A stretch of DNA of 64,000 bases from Candidatus Vogelbacteria bacterium RIFOXYB1_FULL_42_16 (GTDB lineage: Bacteria; Patescibacteriota; Minisyncoccia; Phycocordibacterales; XYD1-FULL-46-19), in assembly GCA_001823055.1 (NCBI GenBank), contig MHTH01000005.1:34667-98666 (forward strand), in the 5' to 3' direction. Made by a program: the position numbers and the translations under genes. The notes beneath the pieces were generated by a model that saw only the letters and a list, made by a program, of their open reading frames with translations, was not told the DNA's origin and did not search any database. Positions 1 through 6,800 of the stretch are shown here, piece after piece (the first letter of the stretch is position 1; the number at the start of each line of letters is the position of its first letter).

Positions 1-1
1 T

Positions 2-1351
2 GGTATTGGTGGTATTGGTATGTCGGCCATTGCGCGGATGTTATTGTTGGACCCACCTTCGCAAAGCTTCGGCGAGGAGAGGAGGATAATGGGTTCTGAT
101 CGAGCCAAGAGTGTCGTGACCGAAGAATTAGAAAAACTTGGGGTCAAGATTTTTTATCAACAGGTGGCGAAAAATATTTCAGCGGATATTGATTTGGTTA
201 TTTATACCATTGCTATTTCCGAAGATAATCCAGAATTGAAAAAAGCCAGAGAATTGGGGATCGAGTGTCGAACTTATCCGGAAATGCTTGGTTTGATCTC
301 AGCCGATAAATATACGATTGCGGTGGCGGGAACGCATGGTAAAACCACGACCACAGCCATGATTGCTAAAGTTTTGATCGAGGCCAAACTTGATCCGATG
401 GTGATTGTTGGTAGCTTACTGCTCCCCGAGGGTAACCCTAGGGAAATTTCCCTAGGGTTACCCTCGGGGAAAGCCACTAATTTCATCGCCGGCCAAAGCG
501 ACTATTTTGTCGTCGAAGCTTGTGAATACAGGCGATCATTTTTAAATCTTAATCCCAAGATTGGCATTATCACCAATATTGACAGTGATCATTTGGATTA
601 CTACAAAGATCTAGCAGATATTCAATTGGCTTTTTCGGAATTTGCCAGCCGAATCCCGACAGATGGCTTTTTGATTTGCGATATCAGTGATCCATTACTA
701 TCACCAGTAATCAACCGAACCAAAGCCCAAATAATTGATTATTGTTCACTTGGAGGTTTCACCTCCAAGTTGGAATTGTTGGTCCCAGGGGAACACAATA
801 TTAAAAATGCTCAATGCGCTTTGGCTGTAGCCCAGATTTTAAATGTTGAACAGAATACGGCGATCGAAGCTTTGAAAAAATTTACTGGCACATGGCGTCG
901 CTTTGAATATAAAGGTCAAACCAAAAATGACGCTTTAGTTTATGACGATTACGCTCATCATCCGACGGAAATTAGAGCCACGATCGGTGGTGCGCGGGAA
1001 TTTATGGCCAAAAGAAATTTAATGGGGAAATTAATTATCGCTTTTCAACCCCATCTCTATAGCCGGACCAAAGCTTTAATGACTGATTTTGCCGAGGCTT
1101 TGAGTCTGGTGGACAAAGTAATGGTGGCCAAAATATATGCGGCCCGTGAACTATTTGATCCGGAGGTTAAAGAAGAAAAATTGGTGGAATTAATCAACGC
1201 TAAGGCTGGTAAAAATATCGCTAGTTTTTTCGGTGATTTTGTTTCAATTGAACAAGACTTAGAAAATGAATCAAAAGTTGGAGATTTGGTGGTCGTCATG
1301 GGTGCGGGTGATATCAACCAAGTGGCGAACAGTTTGGTGATGAAAAATTAA
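2..1351 (+). CDS. murC: UDP-N-acetylmuramate--L-alanine ligase MurC, 5'-partial (window starts inside the GIGGxGMS motif)
   Basis: Translation begins GIGGIGMSAIARML (MurC N-terminal signature). Mur ligase P-loop AGTHGKTTTT and the DHLDYY region are present. The ORF runs to the stop at 1349-1351. Confidence 0.85.
   Translation, partial: GIGGIGMSAIARMLLLDPPSQSFGEERRIMGSDRAKSVVTEELEKLGVKIFYQQVAKNISADIDLVIYTIAISEDNPELKKARELGIECRTYPEMLGLISADKYTIAVAGTHGKTTTTAMIAKVLIEAKLDPMVIVGSLLLPEGNPREISLGLPSGKATNFIAGQSDYFVVEACEYRRSFLNLNPKIGIITNIDSDHLDYYKDLADIQLAFSEFASRIPTDGFLICDISDPLLSPVINRTKAQIIDYCSLGGFTSKLELLVPGEHNIKNAQCALAVAQILNVEQNTAIEALKKFTGTWRRFEYKGQTKNDALVYDDYAHHPTEIRATIGGAREFMAKRNLMGKLIIAFQPHLYSRTKALMTDFAEALSLVDKVMVAKIYAARELFDPEVKEEKLVELINAKAGKNIASFFGDFVSIEQDLENESKVGDLVVVMGAGDINQVANSLVMKN
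423..470. repeat. Perfect 48-bp palindrome embedded in-frame in murC, encoding PEGNPREISLGLPSGK
   Basis: TCCCCGAGGGTAACCCTAGGGAAA|TTTCCCTAGGGTTACCCTCGGGGA is its own reverse complement. Its GC content is far above the local average. It occupies a position where MurC proteins normally have a shorter loop. The minus-strand ORF 274..486 reads the same peptide because of the palindrome. Confidence 0.9.
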
Positions 1352-1370
1352 AAAAAAGACAAAAAAATTC

Positions 1371-1394
1371 GGCTCCACTTTTGCAAGTGGAGCC
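1371..1394 (+). terminator. Hairpin downstream of murC (GGCTCCACTT-ttgcaa-GTGGAGCC); weak U-tract
   Basis: 9-bp GC-rich inverted repeat 20 nt after the murC stop. No clean T-run follows, so this is tentative. Confidence 0.35.
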
Positions 1395-1601
1395 CTAGCT
1401 TGAACTCAGGATTGGAGCCCAAGCCTGATGTAGACAGATCAGAGGTTTGTACCCGCTGTCGCTGGCCATTCGGCCAGTATCCCTTTACTGTTTGAGCAGT
1501 AATACATCTGTCGTCACAATATATCATTTATATATTTTGTCAATATTTTGTAAAGCCAGTAATTTGAATTTAACGGAACATCTGTGCTAAATTTAATCCA
1601 T

Positions 1602-3422
1602 ATGGAAAAACACCCTCTTCACCTCAAAAATCCAGAATTACAAACTTCGCCCGAAGTTGATCGGGCGGTCGAACGACAGGAGCGTCGAACCGACCAAAAA
1701 GTGCCTAATGATCCGACTGAGCGTATTGAAGCTTATCTTGACCGACTGGAGAATATTTTTCTTAATCCGGATGAAAGGAAACGCGAGCGCAATCTCGAGA
1801 TGTTTCGAGATAAAATTTATGACACTTTGGTTATCAAACCAGAACAGGTGCCTGAATCATATTTTGAACTTCAAAAACAAGTGGCTAGGGAACATGGCCA
1901 AGCGATTGAAAATATACCGCTAAATGTTCGGGACCAAATGATTGAAACGATCATTGCTGACCAGAAGCATTCTCTTGATCAGTGGATTGACTATTTGACC
2001 TCCGAAGATGTCGCTTATCCGCCTTGGTTTAAATATTTGGTCTGGCGAAATGTTATCAAACTTTCTCAATTTGATAAAACCCTCGGTAAATTCAAGGATC
2101 GCACTGAATCAACAGTGGCTCCTTATCCAGATATTTATCGCGCGCCATTAGCGAAAATTCTCGATATCTATGAGCAAGCGATCAAAGACAAAACCAATCT
2201 TAGAGATTCTGAAGTTCAAGCCAATTTCTCTAAACGTTTTGCCAAACTTTATGCCGAGCTGATTTCAGAATCTTTGGCAGTTCGTATCGAAAACAAAGAG
2301 GAAGTCAAAGGTGTCTGGGTTAAATATTCTAAAGGTAATATGGCCGAGGCCGATAAACTCTTTGAGTCAGTTCAGGCCAAAGGTACCGGCTGGTGCGTTG
2401 AAGGTCGAACGACGGCTCAAAACTATATCAAACAAGGTGATTTTTATGTCTATTACACGGAGGACAATAATGGCTTGCCGACTCAACCTCGTATGGCTAT
2501 CCAAATGAACGGAACGCAAATTGGTCAAATTCGAGGTGTTTTGAATCATCAAGAATTAGAACCGATCATGGCCGATGTTTTGGAGACCAAGCTCAAAGAA
2601 TTTGGGCCGGAGGCTGATAGTTACCAGAAGAAGAATTCTGACATGAAAAAGATGACGGCTATCGAAAAGAAGAGCCAATCGGGGATAGCGTTGTCAAAAG
2701 ACGATTTGGTATTTTTGTATGAAATCGGTGCTCCTATTGAAGGTTTTGGTTACGACCGCGACCCGCGCATTGCCGAGCTTCGCCAAGGCAGAAATCCAGA
2801 GGAAGACATGATGACTATTTTTGAATGTGCTAAAGAGCAAATTGCTCACTCAGCAGCAGAAATTGACGATGACACCATAGCCTATGTTGGTCCTTGGAAT
2901 GTTGCTGTTTATCAAATAATCAAAAAATATCCCCAGATTCAACATCTTTACGAATCTTTTCCTGATCAGAAAATTTTTATGATGACTCAGGAGACCGACC
3001 AGAGGATCAATTCTCTGGCTAAAGCCGAAGAGGTTTTGAAAGCCAAAAATATTTATATTTCAAATTGGGCGCAAGATATTTTGCAAAAAACTGATTTTAG
3101 TCGAGAAGCTAAAACTTACAAGTTGGTTCAATTTACTGTCGAACAGCTGGGTTTTAGTAGTGGTGCTACTACTGACCAAATTTATGCCAAGGCTCAAGAA
3201 TTAGGTTTAAAACTTTGCCCAGCGGAAGTTGGTCCACGACTTCGTCTTCAGTATGATGGTAAAGATTGGAAACTTATTGCCATGAAGCAGATTACCGATC
3301 GCGGTGGCCTTCCGAGTGTTTTCTACTTGCTTGCCGGCGGAGGGCAGTTGGGGCTCTACGCCGATGATGCTCATCCGGACCGCGGGTGGGGTTCGGGCCG
3401 CCGCTTCGTCTTTCTCTCGTAA
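1602..3422 (+). CDS. DGR target (variable) protein; C-terminal ~43 aa encoded by the variable repeat; N-terminal ~560 aa of unknown function, no obvious signal peptide
   Basis: Long ORF (track start 1584 is GTG; ATG at 1602 is more likely). Its last 128 nt are the VR copy of the downstream TR. The variable codons correspond to AAC/AAT codons in the TR, and the C-terminal ...RRFVFLS tail is conserved in both copies. Confidence 0.7.
   Translation: MEKHPLHLKNPELQTSPEVDRAVERQERRTDQKVPNDPTERIEAYLDRLENIFLNPDERKRERNLEMFRDKIYDTLVIKPEQVPESYFELQKQVAREHGQAIENIPLNVRDQMIETIIADQKHSLDQWIDYLTSEDVAYPPWFKYLVWRNVIKLSQFDKTLGKFKDRTESTVAPYPDIYRAPLAKILDIYEQAIKDKTNLRDSEVQANFSKRFAKLYAELISESLAVRIENKEEVKGVWVKYSKGNMAEADKLFESVQAKGTGWCVEGRTTAQNYIKQGDFYVYYTEDNNGLPTQPRMAIQMNGTQIGQIRGVLNHQELEPIMADVLETKLKEFGPEADSYQKKNSDMKKMTAIEKKSQSGIALSKDDLVFLYEIGAPIEGFGYDRDPRIAELRQGRNPEEDMMTIFECAKEQIAHSAAEIDDDTIAYVGPWNVAVYQIIKKYPQIQHLYESFPDQKIFMMTQETDQRINSLAKAEEVLKAKNIYISNWAQDILQKTDFSREAKTYKLVQFTVEQLGFSSGATTDQIYAKAQELGLKLCPAEVGPRLRLQYDGKDWKLIAMKQITDRGGLPSVFYLLAGGGQLGLYADDAHPDRGWGSGRRFVFLS
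3293..3420 (+). repeat. DGR variable repeat (VR) at the 3' end of the target gene
   Basis: Aligns base-for-base with 3739..3866. All 22 mismatches fall at positions where the TR has A (A->G/C/T in VR). The last ~20 nt are identical and GC-rich, consistent with an initiation-of-mutagenic-homing (IMH)-like 3' end. Confidence 0.85.
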
Positions 3423-3738
3423 GTCTTTAAATTTTGATCACTTTGGATTTTTTAGAGATTTTGTTTCTTCTTACCTTTGATTTTTGAAATTTTTTTTGTA
3501 AAATTATCTAGGCTTGATTGATTCAGACGGTTACGGCTTTCTGAAATCTGGCTAGTTGGCACATATTGAGAATGTAAATGGCCAAGGCTTTTTACAGAGG
3601 ATAGGCGTTTTTCTTTCAAAAAAGAAATCAACTTGGTGCGCGATACTGGCGGATTTTTGATCCCAAATAAAATACAGCTAAGCCATTTTATCTTTTTGAT
3701 AATCTGGTCGGCAGTGACACAGATGGTTTCGCGCACAA

Positions 3739-3866
3739 TACCGATCGCGATGGCAATCCGAATGTTTTCAACTTGAATGCCGACGAAGAGCAGTTGAAGC
3801 TCAACGCCAATGATGCTCATCCGGACAACAGGTGGAATTCGGACAACCGCTTCGTCTTTCTCTCGC
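3739..3866 (+). repeat. DGR template repeat (TR)
   Basis: Intergenic copy of the VR, rich in AAC/AAT (Asn) codons in the target reading frame. ORF 3773..4048 in the track is just the TR read in the target frame. A hairpin (CCGCA-tctacaggg-TGCGG) plus T-run follows at about 3875-3905. Confidence 0.85.
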
Positions 3867-3886
3867 CAGAGTCTTCTTTTCCGCAT

Positions 3887-4210
3887 CTACAGGGTGCGGT
3901 TTTTCTTTTCCAAATTATCAGAATTTTTCTTCCAACCACCGAGCATTTTGCCAATCTCTTCGAGTTTGAGGGCGATTTCTTCACATTGACGATGGGAAAT
4001 GAGTTTGGCTTCCCATGCGACCGAGATGAGAAATTTCAAAGTGTCTAATAATAAAATACAGCGGGATATTTTTTCAATTTTCTTGTCTTTGGCGGTAAAA
4101 TAAGCGACATATGACAAATCTAACAAGTCGAGAAATTTATTTTCTATTCTGGCGCCGATAGTATGGCGAGTATTTTTGGCAAGATGAGGAACGATATCAA
4201 TCCAAATCAA
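3887..4210 (-). CDS. avd: Accessory variability determinant (Avd)-like / 23S rRNA intervening-sequence four-helix-bundle family protein
   Basis: 107 aa. The C-terminal ...LEEIGKMLGGWKK matches the EEIGKML-G signature of the Avd/IVS-protein family. Size and position between TR and RT are typical, although it is on the opposite strand. Confidence 0.6.
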   Translation of the reverse strand: MIWIDIVPHLAKNTRHTIGARIENKFLDLLDLSYVAYFTAKDKKIEKISRCILLLDTLKFLISVAWEAKLISHRQCEEIALKLEEIGKMLGGWKKNSDNLEKKNRTL

Positions 4211-4220
4211 ATAACTCTCT

Positions 4221-5246
4221 TTGATACGACTAAGGATCGAAGCATCACCGAGAGAGAGAGAGAGTAAAAGGTGGTCGTGGCATAGTTACGATCATATCAT
4301 TTCTGTTGGAAATTTGCTTCAAGCTTGGCGAGAATTTTTGCGTGGCAAACGTCGACGCCAAGATGTTCAATTATTTTCGCTTCATTTGACTGATAATATT
4401 CTAGCACTACATAGAGAATTGACTCATAAAAATTACTGTCATGGGTCATATCAGGCTTTTAATATCAATGATCCAAAACCGCGTTCCATTCACAAGGCCA
4501 GTGTTCGTGATCGACTAATCCATCACGCTGTCTATCGTATTCTTTATCCATATTTTAATCAGAAATTTATCTATGATTCATATTCTTGTCGTTTAAACAA
4601 GGGGACCCATCGAGCGATAAATCGTCTACGAATTTTTGGTCGAAAAATTTCGCAAAATAACACCAGAACTGTCTGGGTGTTAAAGGGCGATATTAGGAAA
4701 TTTTTTGCTTCCATTGACCATCAAATTCTTATCAACATCTTAAAAAAACACGAACCAGACCCAGATATTATCTGGTTACTGGAGCAAGTGATTGGTAGTT
4801 TTTATACCGCTAGGCAAGGCCTAGGGTTGCCTTTGGGTAATCTGACCTCGCAACTACTAGTAAATATTTATATGAATGAGTTTGACCACTTTGTAAAAAG
4901 GAAATTGAAAGAAAAATTTTACATTCGTTATGCTGATGATTTTGTGATCTTGGGTGATAATAGAAAGGATTTATTAGAATTAATCCCAAAATTATCAAGT
5001 TTTTTGCTAGAACATCTTAAGCTTACTCTACATCCCAATAAAGTTTTTATTAAAACCTTAGCTTCTGGTGTAGATTTTCTTGGTTGGACTAATTTTCCTC
5101 ATCATCGGGTTCTAAGATTTACCACAAGAAGAAGAGTATTAAGAAAGATAAAAAAATCAAAAATGACCACCGCAACCATAGCTTCATATAAGGGCTTATT
5201 AATACACGGTAATACTTATAAACTGCGAAATCTATTTAAGCAATAA
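4221..5246 (+). CDS. DGR-type reverse transcriptase
   Basis: RT motifs present (…LIHHAVYRILYPYF…, YADDFVILG). Motif 4 reads LGNLTSQLLVNIYMNEFD, i.e. the (I/L)GxxxSQ signature that distinguishes DGR RTs from group II intron RTs (QG). The start is uncertain: the track start is TTG, only 10 nt from the divergent avd start. Confidence 0.85.
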   Translation: MIRLRIEASPRERESKRWSWHSYDHIISVGNLLQAWREFLRGKRRRQDVQLFSLHLTDNILALHRELTHKNYCHGSYQAFNINDPKPRSIHKASVRDRLIHHAVYRILYPYFNQKFIYDSYSCRLNKGTHRAINRLRIFGRKISQNNTRTVWVLKGDIRKFFASIDHQILINILKKHEPDPDIIWLLEQVIGSFYTARQGLGLPLGNLTSQLLVNIYMNEFDHFVKRKLKEKFYIRYADDFVILGDNRKDLLELIPKLSSFLLEHLKLTLHPNKVFIKTLASGVDFLGWTNFPHHRVLRFTTRRRVLRKIKKSKMTTATIASYKGLLIHGNTYKLRNLFKQ

Positions 5247-5251
5247 ATTAG

Positions 5252-5280
5252 TTGGTCAAAAAGATTAATTTTGCTATAAT
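5252..5280 (+). promoter_or_regulatory. Putative sigma70-like promoter with extended -10 (TGcTATAAT) upstream of the 5290 ORF
   Basis: TATAAT at 5275-5280 preceded by TGc. TTGGTC sits 17 nt upstream. Confidence 0.4.
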
Positions 5281-5289
5281 AAAAAGTCT

Positions 5290-5499
5290 ATGAAGCGTAT
5301 TATTTGGCGAAATCGAGCCAATGCTATTTTAGGGATTTTGGTAGTTCTGGTGGCTATTTTAGAAGGCCCTTCGGCCTGGATGCGAACAATGATTCTGGTG
5401 GCCTTGGGAGTTCTCATCACCTTTTTTGGTCTAGCCAGAACTAGTCAGCGTCAAAACGAAGAAGTAGCGCCTTTGCCAACAGAAAATCCTAAAAGCTAA
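5290..5499 (+). CDS. Small membrane protein (2 predicted TM helices)
   Basis: 69-aa ORF with two hydrophobic stretches, placed just downstream of the promoter-like TGcTATAAT. Confidence 0.4.
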   Translation: MKRIIWRNRANAILGILVVLVAILEGPSAWMRTMILVALGVLITFFGLARTSQRQNEEVAPLPTENPKS

Positions 5500-5513
5500 A
5501 AAATTTTAATCAA

Positions 5514-6707
5514 TTGATGTCTAAACGCCGTCAAAATCTAATCGTGGTTGTCGGAGTAGTTTTTTTGTTGTTGGCCGGCGCTTGGGCCTTGGCGGCGGTT
5601 TTTGGTGGTAGTGTCGAATATGATCGTAACGGCAAAAAGGTGGCGATTAAAGGAAAAGCTAAATCGTCTGTTGCGACGGTGGCGGTGGCAACCAATACCG
5701 AGCCGGTGGTGACTCACCTAAAAACTCCCAAAGCGGTCAAAGCGATTTATATGACCAGCTGGATCGCCGGATCAAAAAATTTGCGACCACGACTAATTGA
5801 TTTGATCGATCGCACCGAATTGAACGCCGTGGTAATTGATATTAAGGATTATACCGGTTTGATCGCTTTTGAAATTGATAATCCGGCGATCAAGAAACTT
5901 GGTTCGTTCGAAAAGAGAATAACCGATCTGCCGGCATTGATCGCTGAATTGCATCGGAAAAATATTTATGTCATTGGTCGTATTTCGACTTTTCAAGACG
6001 CGTCGTTGGCCAAAAAGCGTCCTGATTTGGCTGTTAAAAGAGCCAGTGATGGTGCGGTCTGGCGTGACCGCAAAGGGATTTCCTGGCTCGATGCCGGCTC
6101 GAAAGAAGCTTGGGATTATACTGTTTTATTGGCCAAAGAATCCTACGCGCTGGGTTTTGATGAATTGAATTTTGACTATATTCGTTTTCCGTCCGATGGT
6201 AACATGCGCGATATCGCTTATCCTTTTTCTCATGCCACTGAAAGCAATAAGCCGGATGTTTTGGCTGGTTTTTTCAAGTATCTATCGAGCCAACTTCATC
6301 CGCTGGGCATTCCGATCTCGGCTGATTTATTTGGCATGGTTTGCACCAATTATGATGATTTAGGGATTGGCCAAGTGCTAGAAAAAGCGGCGCCCTATTT
6401 TGATTTTATTGCGCCGATGGTCTACCCGTCTCATTACCCGACCGGTTATATGGGCATTAAAAAACCGGCTCTGTCACCTTATGCGGTAATCAATCACAAT
6501 ATGAAAGTAGCGGCGGAACGTTTAGAAAAAGCCAGCACGACGCGGGCCAAATTGCGTCCGTGGTTGCAAGATTTTGATTTGGGGGCTGATTATACGGCCG
6601 AGATGATCCGCGAAGAAAAGCGGGCGGTTTATGATAATGGTCTAAATTCGTGGATGATGTGGGATCCGGGCAATCATTATACGACGGGAGCGTACGATAG
6701 CATCTAG
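5514..6707 (+). CDS. Membrane-anchored protein, putative TIM-barrel glycoside-hydrolase-like (GHL10/DUF4015-type) domain
   Basis: N-terminal TM/signal anchor. Motifs AIYMTSW...VVIDIKDYTG...IRFPSD resemble the hypothetical glycosyl-hydrolase-like family common in CPR genomes. The family assignment is from memory, not a search. Confidence 0.4.
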   Translation: MMSKRRQNLIVVVGVVFLLLAGAWALAAVFGGSVEYDRNGKKVAIKGKAKSSVATVAVATNTEPVVTHLKTPKAVKAIYMTSWIAGSKNLRPRLIDLIDRTELNAVVIDIKDYTGLIAFEIDNPAIKKLGSFEKRITDLPALIAELHRKNIYVIGRISTFQDASLAKKRPDLAVKRASDGAVWRDRKGISWLDAGSKEAWDYTVLLAKESYALGFDELNFDYIRFPSDGNMRDIAYPFSHATESNKPDVLAGFFKYLSSQLHPLGIPISADLFGMVCTNYDDLGIGQVLEKAAPYFDFIAPMVYPSHYPTGYMGIKKPALSPYAVINHNMKVAAERLEKASTTRAKLRPWLQDFDLGADYTAEMIREEKRAVYDNGLNSWMMWDPGNHYTTGAYDSI

Positions 6708-6783
6708 CTGTTAGTTTTTAGCTTATAGCTTTTAGGATTTTTCTTAAAGCTAATAGCAAAAAGCTTTTATACAAAAAAATTTT

Positions 6784-6792
6784 TGGTATAAT
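6784..6792 (+). promoter_or_regulatory. Extended -10 element TGgTATAAT upstream of the 6801 gene
   Basis: ttttGGTATAATctagttaaATG. TATAAT sits 8 nt before the start codon region, with the TGn extension. Confidence 0.4.
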
Positions 6793-6800
6793 CTAGTTAA

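Larger units (their letters stand above)
1602..5246 (+). mobile_element. Diversity-generating retroelement (DGR) cassette: target gene with VR, TR, avd-like gene, reverse transcriptase
   Basis: A 128-bp repeat pair differs only at template adenines. An adjacent RT carries the DGR-type motif. A small four-helix-bundle Avd-like ORF is also present. See individual features. Confidence 0.85.

Noticed and set aside
274-486. 70-aa minus-strand ORF inside murC
   Set aside because: Generated by the 48-bp palindrome, which encodes the same peptide on both strands, and embedded in an unambiguous murC frame.
1396-1583. GC-rich intergenic segment between murC and the DGR target, considered as a possible tRNA or other ncRNA
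   Set aside because: No T-loop (GTTCRANYC), anticodon-stem pattern or terminator could be recognised. Left unexplained rather than called.
3452-3886. 144-aa minus-strand ORF spanning the VR-TR spacer and TR
   Set aside because: It overlaps the TR on the antisense strand, has a low-complexity sequence and no RBS. Most likely spurious. It is also not Avd, since the Avd-like ORF is 3887..4210.
3773-4048. ORF of 91 aa on the + strand overlapping the template repeat
   Set aside because: It is simply the TR read in the target-gene frame (…NANDAHPDNRWNSDNRFVFLS…) continued into non-coding sequence. It has no start context and is not an independent gene.
4810-4840. GGCAAGGCCTAGGGTTGCCTT inside the RT gene, as a second copy of the murC palindrome
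   Set aside because: It only shares the CCTAGGG core, is not self-complementary over its length, and fits normal coding sequence (…ARQGLGLPLG…). Coincidental.
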